64,000 nucleotides of DNA from Nannocystales bacterium. Lineage in GTDB: Bacteria; Myxococcota_A; Polyangia; Nannocystales; Nannocystaceae. The DNA is taken from contig JBOEGF010000016.1 in the NCBI GenBank assembly GCA_050633305.1, positions 70,057-134,056 of the forward strand, given 5' to 3'. Shown here piece by piece: positions 18,282 to 27,235 of this stretch. The position numbers were made by a program, and so were the translations under genes. The notes under the pieces were generated by a model that searched no databases, was not told the origin of the DNA, and worked only from the letters and a program-made list of their open reading frames with translations. Each line of letters opens with the position of its first letter. The first letter of the stretch is position 1.

Positions 18282-18333
18282 TCCGGGACACCTCGCGGGT
18301 TGGCCCACTGCGGCAGGCACGGCGCCTGCCCAG

Positions 18334-18675
18334 TCAACCCAGGAGCTCGAGCAACGCTTCGGGCGGCCGACCCACCGCGGCCTTGGTCCCCACAACGCCG
18401 ATGGGCCGCTGCAGCAGCGTGGGGTTCTCGGCCATCAGTCCGAGCAGCTCCGCGTCGGTTTCGTCTCCGGTCAGTCCCAGCTTGTTCGCGTCCCTGGTCC
18501 GCAAGACCTCCCGGGGCCCTACGCCCAGCTTGCCCAGCACGTCCTCGAGCTCGTCTTGGCTGAGGGGATCTTGCTTGTACTCCCGATACTCGAAGGCAAC
18601 GCCCTTGTCGTTGAGCAAGGCGACCGCCTTGCGACACGTGCCTCAAGTCTTCGTGCAGATCAGCAGCATGCTCAT
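18334..18675 (-). CDS. ArsC/Spx-family thioredoxin-fold selenoprotein (UxxC; in-frame UGA at 18645-18643 read as Sec)
   Basis: MSMLLICTKT-UGA-GTCRKAVALLNDKGVAFEYREY...P.TLLQRPI...AVGRPPE. The UGA occupies the catalytic Cys position of the CxxC motif, and a SECIS-like hairpin follows. Confidence 0.85.
18606..18636 (-). promoter_or_regulatory. Bacterial SECIS-like hairpin
   Basis: Minus strand GCAAGGC-GGTC-GCCTTGC (18632-18615) starts 10 nt after the UGA, has GU in the apical loop, and extends via TGTCG/CGACA. Confidence 0.75.
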
Positions 18676-18696
18676 TTGTTGCAGGCTACGAACCAT

Positions 18697-18717
18697 TGCA
18701 GTTGGATTGCAACTGCA
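18697..18717. promoter_or_regulatory. Palindromic Fur/Zur-type operator between the selenoprotein gene and the Fur-family gene
   Basis: TGCAGTTG-GATTG-CAACTGCA; contains TGCAG-N5-TTGCA. Confidence 0.65.
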
Positions 18718-18740
18718 GATCGACTAGGCTCGCGCACCCA

Positions 18741-19208
18741 ATGGCCAAGCTCAGTCGAGAAGAGGCCCGGCGCGCGCTTCATGATGCCGGAATGAGGGCG
18801 ACCGCTCCGCGTGTTGCGGTCTTTCGTCTTCTGACCGATGCAACCCGTCCGCTGTCGCATGCCGAGGTCGTCGAGCGCATCGGGACGGACGACTGGGATG
18901 CGGCGACTCTCTACCGCAACCTCATCAAGCTCGACGAAGCGGGGCTGGCGCGGGTCGCTTCGCGTGTGGGCGGTGTCACGCGGTTTGAGGCATACGGGGG
19001 AGATGCACCTGCACATGTGCACCCGCACTTCGCTTGTCGTGAGTGCGGAAACGTCACCTGCCTGCATGACGCGACGCTGTCGATCCCCAAGGACGACGTC
19101 TGGCGCGAGGCGCTGCTCGACGCAGACCTTCAGGTCGTGGGTCAGTGTCCTAGCTGTCGAAAGCCAGCGCGGAAGACGAAGACAGGTCGCAAGCGCAAGG
19201 GTGTGTGA
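18741..19208 (+). CDS. Fur-family metalloregulator (probable Zur-type)
   Basis: GMRATAPR...ATLYRNL...HVHPHFACRECG...GQCPSC. Confidence 0.9.
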   Translation: MAKLSREEARRALHDAGMRATAPRVAVFRLLTDATRPLSHAEVVERIGTDDWDAATLYRNLIKLDEAGLARVASRVGGVTRFEAYGGDAPAHVHPHFACRECGNVTCLHDATLSIPKDDVWREALLDADLQVVGQCPSCRKPARKTKTGRKRKGV

Positions 19209-19363
19209 GGGCTTGGCGCCGTCTCAACCAAGAGGACGCGCGTTGCCCGGGTGCCGAGCTGAGACCACTGCTGGGACTGAGTTCAGCTGCCTTCCCGCGC
19301 CGCGCGCGACCGTAGACGCTCGATGTTGACGCACACCCGCAGCTCGTACAACCACGGTGCACA

Positions 19364-19378
19364 TGCAAAACAGTTGCG
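19364..19378. promoter_or_regulatory. Putative Zur-type box upstream of the TonB operon
   Basis: TGCAA-AACAG-TTGCG, 16 nt before the ATG at 19395. Confidence 0.6.
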
Positions 19379-19394
19379 ATATGTTGGCTTTCTG

Positions 19395-20156
19395 ATGCCG
19401 AAGAGTCGCTCAGTGGCCGCGTGGTTGGCGGTGCTCGCGTTGGGCATCCCGGCGTTGGCACACGCCACAGGCGTGACGGTTGCCGATCTCGCCAAGCTTC
19501 GGAGCGAGGTCGATCAGCTCGCCTCCGACCTCGAGACCGAGCGGACGGCAGCGCGCGACGAGCTCGCAGCGCTGCGGGCCGAGCGAGCCGAACTGGAGCG
19601 TCAGGTCCGAGCCGCGCGAACCCGGAAGGCAACGCTCGAGGCCCTTCGTACCGAGGCAACCAAGCAGGCTGAAGCCGCCGACGAAGACGCGCGTCGCTGG
19701 GCCGAACCGATGAAGGCGGCAGTCGCTGCAGCTCGGTCTCACGTGGCCGATGGCTTGCCGTTCGCCCGGGATGCTCGGTTGAAGACGCTCGAGCGGTTGG
19801 AGCTCGACCTCCAAGCTGCGACTCCGGACTACGGACGGGTGCTGGAGCGGCTGCTTCGCTTCGTCGAAGAGGAAGAGGCGATGGCTGGCGAGGTTGCGTA
19901 CACGCAGCAGCGGCTGGAGGTTGAGGGCAAACCGCAGATCGTACGTGTGCTCCGCCTTGGACTGGCTCTGCTGTATTTTCGCACCGAAGACGGTCGCGTG
20001 GGCTGGGCGATCCCCGGTCCGGCCGGCTGGGACGTTAAGCTCCTGAGCGATGCTCTTGCCGAACCGGTTCGAGCACGCTTCGAGGCGGCCGAGGACAACG
20101 AAACGTTGGGGGCTGCGGCGCTGCTTCTTCCGGTCACCCCGGAGATGACGCGATGA
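19395..20156 (+). CDS. DUF3450-like periplasmic coiled-coil protein (TonB2/TtpB-type system component)
   Basis: Signal peptide, coiled coil, LPF...R..R, LRLG...LYF; first gene of an exbB/exbD/tonB operon. Confidence 0.75.
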   Translation: MPKSRSVAAWLAVLALGIPALAHATGVTVADLAKLRSEVDQLASDLETERTAARDELAALRAERAELERQVRAARTRKATLEALRTEATKQAEAADEDARRWAEPMKAAVAAARSHVADGLPFARDARLKTLERLELDLQAATPDYGRVLERLLRFVEEEEAMAGEVAYTQQRLEVEGKPQIVRVLRLGLALLYFRTEDGRVGWAIPGPAGWDVKLLSDALAEPVRARFEAAEDNETLGAAALLLPVTPEMTR

Positions 20157-21532
20157 AGCATGGGCTGCTCATGGCGTTGCTGTGGCTTTGGCCAGCGTTC
20201 GCTCTGGCCGCGCCGCCCCAGACCTGGGAGCAGGCGCGTACTGACGAGGGGGAAGCGCTCCGGGCTGAGCGCGATGCCTTGCGAAAGAGCTTGAGCACGG
20301 CCAAGTCGGGCACCGCCGCAGCAAAAGGATCCCTGCGCAAGGACATCGATGCGCTGTCGGCCGAGCTGACCAAGCTCCAAGTCCGCAACGCCGCTCTCGA
20401 GCGCAGCATGCCCGGGCGAGAGCGTGATCGGAGCCGCGACGCGCAGTCCGCCGCGCTGCGCGACCTGCTGTCGCGACTCGCGGGTCGAAGTCAGGCGACG
20501 CTGCCCGAGGACCCCGATGCTCGGGCGGCAAAACTCCCTGAGCTCGTCGCGGAGCAACTCGCGGCCATCGAACGCGCGGGCAGCCTCCGGGTGGAGGCCG
20601 GGGTGGAGGTGTTCGACACGGGCGGTCACGCGGTCGATGCAACCGTCCTGCACATCGGCCAAGTCGGGGCGCTTCGGTGGGACGCACAGACCAGCCGTCC
20701 ACTCATCTCGACACCCGAAGGCTTTCGCGAGGCCCAAGGCGAGTTCCCCCCAGCGGACGTTGGCGACGTGCATGCTGTACTGACCGCGGTGCTCTATGAC
20801 GAGGCCGATCCACCGGATGCGGACTCGTTCGCGGTCAAAGGCTGGCGGACCAAGATCGACGCGGGTGGCCCGGTCATGTGGGTCTTGCTGGGGATCGGGG
20901 CGATCGCGAGTCTCATCATCGTCGAGCGCACGGTAGGCTTGCTGTTGGCGGGAGGTCGCTGGCGGTACGAGCAGCGGCGGTTCGAGGCCGCCGTTCGGGA
21001 AGCCCACACCAACTCGCTGTTGCATGTGCAGGGCTGGGTCGCCAAACCATTGGTCATCGCGGCCGCGGCTCGCTGCCCATCATGCTCGGCCACCGTCGAT
21101 GTCGATGTGGAAGAGCGCGCAACCCAGGCGCTGATGGTCATGAGAGAGCAGCTTCAGCGCCGCCTCTCGCTCGTCAACGTGGCGGCTGGTGTCGCGCCGT
21201 TGCTGGGGCTGCTCGGCACGGTGACCGGGATGATTCACACGTTCTCGGTGGTGACCGACACGGGGACCGCCGAGCCGCAGCTGTTGGCGGCGGGCATCTC
21301 GGAGGCGCTGCTGACCACGCAATTCGGGCTCGCGATCGCGATCCCGGCCTACCTCGCCCATGCTCTGCTCAGCCGAGGGGCGAGGCGGATCCTGTCCTCC
21401 GCCGAGCAGTCGGTCTTGGCCTACCTGCACGGCGGCGACGGACACGGGCACGAACACCACGCGGGTGGTCATCACCACCACGACCACGAGCACCACCACG
21501 ACCACAAGGACGACGATGGTCACGGCGGATGA
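20153..21532 (+). CDS. Extended MotA/TolQ/ExbB protein (TtpC-like) with His-rich C-terminal tail
   Basis: APLLGLLGTVTGMI...GISEALLTT; large N-terminal periplasmic domain; 15 His in the last ~34 aa. Confidence 0.9.
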   Translation: MKHGLLMALLWLWPAFALAAPPQTWEQARTDEGEALRAERDALRKSLSTAKSGTAAAKGSLRKDIDALSAELTKLQVRNAALERSMPGRERDRSRDAQSAALRDLLSRLAGRSQATLPEDPDARAAKLPELVAEQLAAIERAGSLRVEAGVEVFDTGGHAVDATVLHIGQVGALRWDAQTSRPLISTPEGFREAQGEFPPADVGDVHAVLTAVLYDEADPPDADSFAVKGWRTKIDAGGPVMWVLLGIGAIASLIIVERTVGLLLAGGRWRYEQRRFEAAVREAHTNSLLHVQGWVAKPLVIAAAARCPSCSATVDVDVEERATQALMVMREQLQRRLSLVNVAAGVAPLLGLLGTVTGMIHTFSVVTDTGTAEPQLLAAGISEALLTTQFGLAIAIPAYLAHALLSRGARRILSSAEQSVLAYLHGGDGHGHEHHAGGHHHHDHEHHHDHKDDDGHGG

Positions 21533-22115
21533 GCTTCGGTCACTGCTCGATGCGGGCGGTTGGGTGAGCGCCCCGCTGGTCGCCACCAGCCTCACGCTGT
21601 GGTTCGTTGCAACGCTGCGACTCATCACCTTGCGCCGAGGGTTCGGCGGCGATGTGAAGGCGGCGGTCGAGCAGGCGGTGCGTCACCCCCTCGACATTCA
21701 CGCCGATGGTGCCGTCGGTCGATATCTGCGCGGTGCCCTTGGGGCCCTCGAGCGCTCGGGCACGTGCCAGCACCACGTTGAACGCTTCCTGGAAATCGAG
21801 CGCGAACGCGTCACCGACTTGGGCACCTTGCTGATGGGTCTGGTGACGATCGCGCCGCTTCTGGGGCTACTGGGCACGGTCAGCGGGATGATCGAGACGT
21901 TCTCCTCCATGCAGGGAACCACGCTCAACCACGCGACGGAGCAGACGGTCGCAGGAGGTATCTCGGTGGCGCTGATCAGCACCCAGCTCGGGCTGATGGT
22001 CGGCGTTCCGGGCTTGGCGGTGGCTCGTCTGCTCGCGCGTCTGGAAGCCAAGCGCGCCCGGGAGTTGTTGCAGGCGCACAGCGTGCTGGTACAGCGCAGG
22101 CAGGTGCCGCAGTGA
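21516..22115 (+). CDS. exbB: MotA/TolQ/ExbB proton channel protein
   Basis: APLLGLLGTVSGMIETF...GGISVALISTQ; AAGGA SD before the ATG at 21516. Confidence 0.9.
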   Translation: MVTADELRSLLDAGGWVSAPLVATSLTLWFVATLRLITLRRGFGGDVKAAVEQAVRHPLDIHADGAVGRYLRGALGALERSGTCQHHVERFLEIERERVTDLGTLLMGLVTIAPLLGLLGTVSGMIETFSSMQGTTLNHATEQTVAGGISVALISTQLGLMVGVPGLAVARLLARLEAKRARELLQAHSVLVQRRQVPQ

Positions 22116-22525
22116 AGATCGGCCAGCTCAGCAACGAGGTCACCGAGGGCGCTGAACTCAACATCACGCCGCTCATCGACATCGTCTTCATCTTGCTGAT
22201 CTTCTTCGTGGTCACGACGACGTTCGTTCACGAGCTGGGCCTGCCGATCGAAAGACCCGACTCCTCCACCGCCACGGAGCAGCCCCACGACGTGGTGCGG
22301 GTCGCGGTGAGTCGGCAGGGCGAGGTCACCGTCGATGCGCAGCCCACCAGTCCCTGGCGGGTGGAGGCCGAGGTCCGTGCTCGGCTCCGGGAGCACGCAG
22401 ATGCTTCGGTGATCGTGATCGCGGACAAGGGGTCGACCGCCGAGGTGATCGTCGACGCGATCGATGCGTGTCGCCGTGCGGGGGCCGACGGCGTTGCGCT
22501 GGGTGTCGCGGAGGGGGCCCCATGA
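22112..22525 (+). CDS. exbD: Biopolymer transport protein ExbD/TolR
   Basis: LNITPLIDIVFILLIFFVVTT; IADK. Confidence 0.95.
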   Translation: MKIGQLSNEVTEGAELNITPLIDIVFILLIFFVVTTTFVHELGLPIERPDSSTATEQPHDVVRVAVSRQGEVTVDAQPTSPWRVEAEVRARLREHADASVIVIADKGSTAEVIVDAIDACRRAGADGVALGVAEGAP

Positions 22526-23196
22526 ATCCGGTGGTGTTGGGATTTGCGCGATGGACGAGCGCATTCGTAGTCGCGGTGTCGATGACGGGCGGGTCGTTGG
22601 CGCTCGTGGCGTGGATGAACGACGACCCCTCGCCGCCCGAACACGAGTCGGAGCATTCCGGTCCACGGCCGATCCCGGTGGTGGCCCCGCCTCCACCCGA
22701 CACTCCCAGCCCGGTTTCAGCATCGAGCGAGATGTCGGCCGACGCTGCAGCGAGTCCACTGGCGCCCAGCCTCGCACCGCCCGCTCCCGCGCCACCGCAG
22801 ATCGCAGGGCTGCTTCCAGGCGCCGGTCCCGGTGGCATGCCTGTGGGACCCGGCGGCGGCAGCCTCCCCTCGATGGGCACGCTGCCGGGGTCGGGCCTCG
22901 CGGAGGCTCCCACGCAGACGCAGGGCACCCAAGCTCGGCCTCGCAGTCGTCCCAGGCCGCGATACCCCCGTGTCGCGCAGCGCCAGGGGATCGAAGGCTT
23001 CGCGACGGTCCGCCTCCGTATCGACGCGACGGGCCGGGTCGTCGACGCCGTTTTGGTGACGTCCGAACCGGCTGGAGTCTTCGACGACGCTGCGCTCGCG
23101 GCCGCGCGCCGCTATCGATTCACCCCGGCCCGCCGTGGAGGTGAGGCCGTCGAAACCACCCTCCAACAGACGATCCGTTTCGAGCTTCAGAAATGA
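22522..23196 (+). CDS. tonB: Energy transducer TonB
   Basis: N-terminal TM, Pro-rich linker, PRYP...GIEG...GRV...S.P.GVFD.AAL...RFTPA. Confidence 0.9.
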   Translation: MNPVVLGFARWTSAFVVAVSMTGGSLALVAWMNDDPSPPEHESEHSGPRPIPVVAPPPPDTPSPVSASSEMSADAAASPLAPSLAPPAPAPPQIAGLLPGAGPGGMPVGPGGGSLPSMGTLPGSGLAEAPTQTQGTQARPRSRPRPRYPRVAQRQGIEGFATVRLRIDATGRVVDAVLVTSEPAGVFDDAALAAARRYRFTPARRGGEAVETTLQQTIRFELQK

Positions 23197-24218
23197 ACGT
23201 CTTCGCGCTGCTCCTACTCCTCGTTGCACCGATGTCTCCTACGGATATCGAGCGGAGTATCGATCGTGGGGACCTTCAGGAGGCGAAGGACGCGATGGCG
23301 GACGCGGACCTCTCGCCGGTCGCTCGGGCCACGCTGCGGGGTCGGTTGGCCCTCGCAGAGTCCCGCCCTGCCGATGCAGCACGTCAGTTCGAACAGGCCG
23401 TGGAACTGGCACCGGAGCATGTGCCTCTGCGACTGCTGTGGGCACACGCGCTGCTGAGGGCGGACCGCCCCGGCGAGGTCGGAGCTGCGCTCAAACCCCT
23501 CAGTGGCAAGGACCCCGCCGTTGCGCGGCTACGTGCGGCCGCCGAGGAGGCCAACGGAAACCCGGGGGCGGCCTATGCAGCACTCGAGGGCGCGTCGCGG
23601 GCAAACCCGGACGACCTCGAACTCAAGCGGCAACTGGTGCTCTTGTGTGCGCGCGAAGGTTTGCTCGAGCCCACTCGCGCCTGGATCGAAACCCTCACCC
23701 CGAAGCAACTCGGACGGGTCATGGCCTTGGCCGTCCTTCAGGAGATCCGAAGCGACGCCCACGCCCTACCGTTGGCTCGCCAACTCGCCAGCGCGTTTCC
23801 CAACGATGCCGAGGTTCACGCGCAGTTGGGCTGGGTCGCAAGCTCGGCTGGGGCCCCGGCCGAAGCTTCTCGTGCGTTTGCCAGAGCCGTGTCGTTGGGC
23901 GCCGACGAGGCCTACGCTGGGGCAGAACATGCTCGTGCAGCCGGGCGGCACCGTGAAGCACTGCGGCTCAATGCCCGGGTCGGTGACGACACCAAGCGAG
24001 CCGAGCAGCGCTTCGACATTCTGTTCGAGTCCGGGAAGCTTGCGCGGGCGATCGCGGCGGCCCAGTCGCTCCGCCTATCGCCACGGCGCCGCTACAACTT
24101 GGCATACGCGCACTACGGTCTTCAGCAGGTCGCCGAGGCCTCCACGCATGCCCGTACGCTGACCGGTACCGACTACGCTGCACGGGCGCAGACCTTGTTG
24201 CGCGCGATGGGACGCTGA
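23193..24218 (+). CDS. Secreted TPR-repeat protein
   Basis: Signal peptide and repeated Ala/Leu helical TPR-like units; coupled into the TonB operon. Confidence 0.8.
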   Translation: MNVFALLLLLVAPMSPTDIERSIDRGDLQEAKDAMADADLSPVARATLRGRLALAESRPADAARQFEQAVELAPEHVPLRLLWAHALLRADRPGEVGAALKPLSGKDPAVARLRAAAEEANGNPGAAYAALEGASRANPDDLELKRQLVLLCAREGLLEPTRAWIETLTPKQLGRVMALAVLQEIRSDAHALPLARQLASAFPNDAEVHAQLGWVASSAGAPAEASRAFARAVSLGADEAYAGAEHARAAGRHREALRLNARVGDDTKRAEQRFDILFESGKLARAIAAAQSLRLSPRRRYNLAYAHYGLQQVAEASTHARTLTGTDYAARAQTLLRAMGR

Positions 24219-24220
24219 GC

Positions 24221-26635
24221 ATGGTCGGGTGGTGGATGCTCGCGGCCCTTGCGGCGCCGCCGTGTGAAGACAGCCTCGAAGGCAGGGTCATCGACGAGAA
24301 CACCGGGTCCAGTGTGCCTCGGGTTGCCGTCACAGCCGGAGATCAAGAGGTCACGACCAACGACGATGGTGTGTTCGTGTTGACGGCGGTGTGTCCTGGC
24401 CGCGTCACGGTCACCGCATCGCGCGCGGACTACAGCAGCCGCAGCCAACGTGTGGAGGTCCCTGCGAAGGCGCCGGTCAGCCTTGTGCTCCGTCCTCACG
24501 AGGTCGATGTGCTCGACGATGTCGTCGTCGTGGCCCCGGCGCCCAAGAGCCTCGATACGACGGCGAACGATGCGCTCAGCGACGAGGAACTCGACGACCT
24601 CCGCGGACGAGGACTGGCGGATGCGTTGTCGTCGATCTCCGGCGTGAATGTGTTGCGCGGCCCGGCGGGGGGCATGGGCAAGCCGATCATTCGTGGCCAA
24701 GTCGGCCGCCGTAACTTGATCCTCTACGACCGCGTTCGACATGAGAGCCAGAAGTGGGGCCTCGAGCACGCGCCAGAGGTGGACCCGTTTGGCGCGGAGA
24801 CGATCACGGTGATCAAAGGGGCGGGCGGGATCCGCTACGGGCCGGACGCGATCGGCGGTGTGGTGCTGATCGATCCGCCCCCGTTGCCGACCGACCCGGG
24901 GGTGACCGGTGAGGTGCACCTCGTGGGGACGAGCAACGAACGTCGGGGCACGGTCGCAACGCGGATTCAGGGCACCCACCGCTTCCTGCCGGGCCTTGCG
25001 TGGCGTGCCGAGGGCAACGTTTCGCGGGGTGCGGCCGGCATGACGCCACAGTACCCACTGGACAACACCGGGACTCGGGTCTGGAACGCCGGGGGGTCCC
25101 TGGGTTATCAGCGCCGTGGCTTCTCGCTTCAAACCTCTTACCGCCATCACGCGATGAAGTCCGGCATCTTCACGGGACTGCGTGCAGAGACGGCGGAGGA
25201 CTTCGTGGCCGCGTTGGGCTTGGGGCGTCCGTTGGGTGCGGAGCACTACCTGCGGGACTACGAGATCGAGCGGGCGTTGCAAGAGGTCACCCACGATCTT
25301 GCGATCGTCCGGGGTCGGGCGCCCCTGGCCAAGGCGGGCACACTCGTTGCGACCTACGCGTTCCAGAACAACGACCGCGACGAGTACGACGTGGTCCGAG
25401 ACAACATCAGCGGCCCGCAGCTCGAGCTCGACCTTCGCACGCACACGGCCGGCTTGGTGTTTGAGCAGAGTCCCGTCGCACTGGGCGGCGCAGCTCTCCT
25501 CGAGGGAGACGTGGGCGTGAGCTTCGCGAACCGTCGCAACCGCTACGAGGGGAGCGCCCCGGGGTTCCTGCCGGACTACGACGAGCAAGCCGGTGGCGCG
25601 TTTATTCTGGAGCGCATCGTCTGGGAGCGGGTCGAACTCGAGGGCGGCGCGCGCTACGACGGCATGGCACGACGCTCGGTCCTCGATGACCGCACGTTTC
25701 TTCCGTTCCGGGCTCAGGATCGCCTGCCCGACGACTGCACGGAGAACGACGAAGGCGCGGTCTGTCAGACACCCTTCCATGCGGCGTCGGGGTCGATCGG
25801 GGTTGGGGTGCACCCCGTCGCGGCGGTGCCGGAGTTGGTCACCTCACTCGACCTCTCCACGGCGGTCCGTTTCCCCAACAGCGACGAGCAGTTCATCAAG
25901 GGTGCTGCGCCCTCGTTCCCGTTCTTCTCCAATGGCGACGGTACCCTCGATCCCGAGCGGACGTGGACGGGCGGGTTGACGGTGGGCTACGCCAACGACT
26001 GGGCGTTCGTCGAGGTTGCTGGGTACGGCAGCTTCATCGACGATTACATCTACTTCCGCGTCCAGCCCCAACAGAATGAGGATCGGATGGCGCCCGACTT
26101 CAGCGACTGCGCCCCACTACAGTGCGGGATTCAAGGGGCCTTTCCTCTGTTTGCACCGGAGGCGGTCGATGCCTTGTTCTATGGCGGCGAGGCCGAGGGC
26201 GCGATTCAGCCTCCGGGGTGGCCGGTTCGATTCGATGCTCGGGCATCGTGGGTGCGCGGACGGCAGGTTCGGGGAGGCGCGCCGCTGACCTTCGTGCCTC
26301 CGGACCACTACGATCTGGGGATCACGTACGAGTGGCCCGACCTCGGAATCAGCGAAGACGGACACGTCGGCGTCCAGGCGTCGTTCGTCGATCAGCAGAG
26401 GCGGTTCGACCTCGCGGCAGACTTCGCCGCACCACCGCCGGCCTATTTCGTGTTGGGCGCGAACGCGGGCATTGCGGTTCCGCTCGGCGAGCAGCGACTC
26501 ACGTTCTCGTTGACGGGGCAGAACCTGACCAACGCCCGCTATCGCGACTACACCAGTCTCCTGCGGTACTACGCGAACGAACCTGGCTGGGATGTGCTGC
26601 TGCGCATCTCACTCGACTTCGCCGTCGGGGGCTGA
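24221..26635 (+). CDS. TonB-dependent receptor with N-terminal carboxypeptidase-regulatory-like domain (probable Zn/metal uptake)
   Basis: Plug motifs KPIIRG, WGLEHAPEVD, VIKGAGGIRYGPDAIGGV; barrel end NLTNARYRDY...LDF. Confidence 0.92.
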   Translation: MVGWWMLAALAAPPCEDSLEGRVIDENTGSSVPRVAVTAGDQEVTTNDDGVFVLTAVCPGRVTVTASRADYSSRSQRVEVPAKAPVSLVLRPHEVDVLDDVVVVAPAPKSLDTTANDALSDEELDDLRGRGLADALSSISGVNVLRGPAGGMGKPIIRGQVGRRNLILYDRVRHESQKWGLEHAPEVDPFGAETITVIKGAGGIRYGPDAIGGVVLIDPPPLPTDPGVTGEVHLVGTSNERRGTVATRIQGTHRFLPGLAWRAEGNVSRGAAGMTPQYPLDNTGTRVWNAGGSLGYQRRGFSLQTSYRHHAMKSGIFTGLRAETAEDFVAALGLGRPLGAEHYLRDYEIERALQEVTHDLAIVRGRAPLAKAGTLVATYAFQNNDRDEYDVVRDNISGPQLELDLRTHTAGLVFEQSPVALGGAALLEGDVGVSFANRRNRYEGSAPGFLPDYDEQAGGAFILERIVWERVELEGGARYDGMARRSVLDDRTFLPFRAQDRLPDDCTENDEGAVCQTPFHAASGSIGVGVHPVAAVPELVTSLDLSTAVRFPNSDEQFIKGAAPSFPFFSNGDGTLDPERTWTGGLTVGYANDWAFVEVAGYGSFIDDYIYFRVQPQQNEDRMAPDFSDCAPLQCGIQGAFPLFAPEAVDALFYGGEAEGAIQPPGWPVRFDARASWVRGRQVRGGAPLTFVPPDHYDLGITYEWPDLGISEDGHVGVQASFVDQQRRFDLAADFAAPPPAYFVLGANAGIAVPLGEQRLTFSLTGQNLTNARYRDYTSLLRYYANEPGWDVLLRISLDFAVGG

Positions 26636-26648
26636 GGTCAGCTGCATC

Positions 26649-27041
26649 TCAGGGGTTCGCCTTGAGACGTGCGAGTGCCCAGGCGACGGCTTCGGCCTCG
26701 GTCGGGACGATGACATGCTCGCCCCCGAGCGGTTGGATCGCGAGGAGTCCGCGGAGGACGCCACGCATCAAGGGGGTCGGCAGGTGAAACGCCAAGCCTC
26801 GATTCAGCGACCCCGCGAGGTCGCGGTGGTCCTTCATCCACTTGGCTTGAAGCCGAACCTGTCGGGGGGTCGGCATACGAGCGTCAGGCCCGGTCGTGTA
26901 CACCGTCGCGTACGGAACGCCGCGCTTGACCAAGTCGGTGTAGCGCTCGAGGTACGCGTCAAACTCGGCTTCGTCCGGACGGCCGTCGTATCGAGCGATG
27001 ATGACGCCCTGAGCCAATTCGACGCTGAAGCGATCGGGCAC
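26649..27041 (-). CDS. STAS/SEC14-like small myxobacterial protein
   Basis: ~130 aa with pattern ..R...AKW......LAF...TPLMRGVL...P...H..V.TEAEAVAW; start approximate. Confidence 0.6.
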   Translation of the reverse strand: MPDRFSVELAQGVIIARYDGRPDEAEFDAYLERYTDLVKRGVPYATVYTTGPDARMPTPRQVRLQAKWMKDHRDLAGSLNRGLAFHLPTPLMRGVLRGLLAIQPLGGEHVIVPTEAEAVAWALARLKANP

Positions 27042-27235
27042 GAGCCTGGACCGTACCCTGTTGTTGGACCCAGGCCGGCGAAAACCCACATGACAGTACA
27101 CCCCCTCGATGACGGCTTGTTCGGGGCCTGCTGCAGGTGGCCCGATGCGGCCACGCTGGAGGCGTTCAGTGTGCGGTGGCGCGCTCACCCGCTATGATTC
27201 CGGTCTAGGGACGTTCTCCCGGATCGAAGGAAGAC

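Noticed and set aside
18334..18618. Interpreting the ArsC-like gene as a 94-aa protein or a nonsense pseudogene
   Set aside because: The TGA falls exactly on the catalytic Cys position and is followed by a SECIS-like stem, so Sec recoding is more parsimonious.
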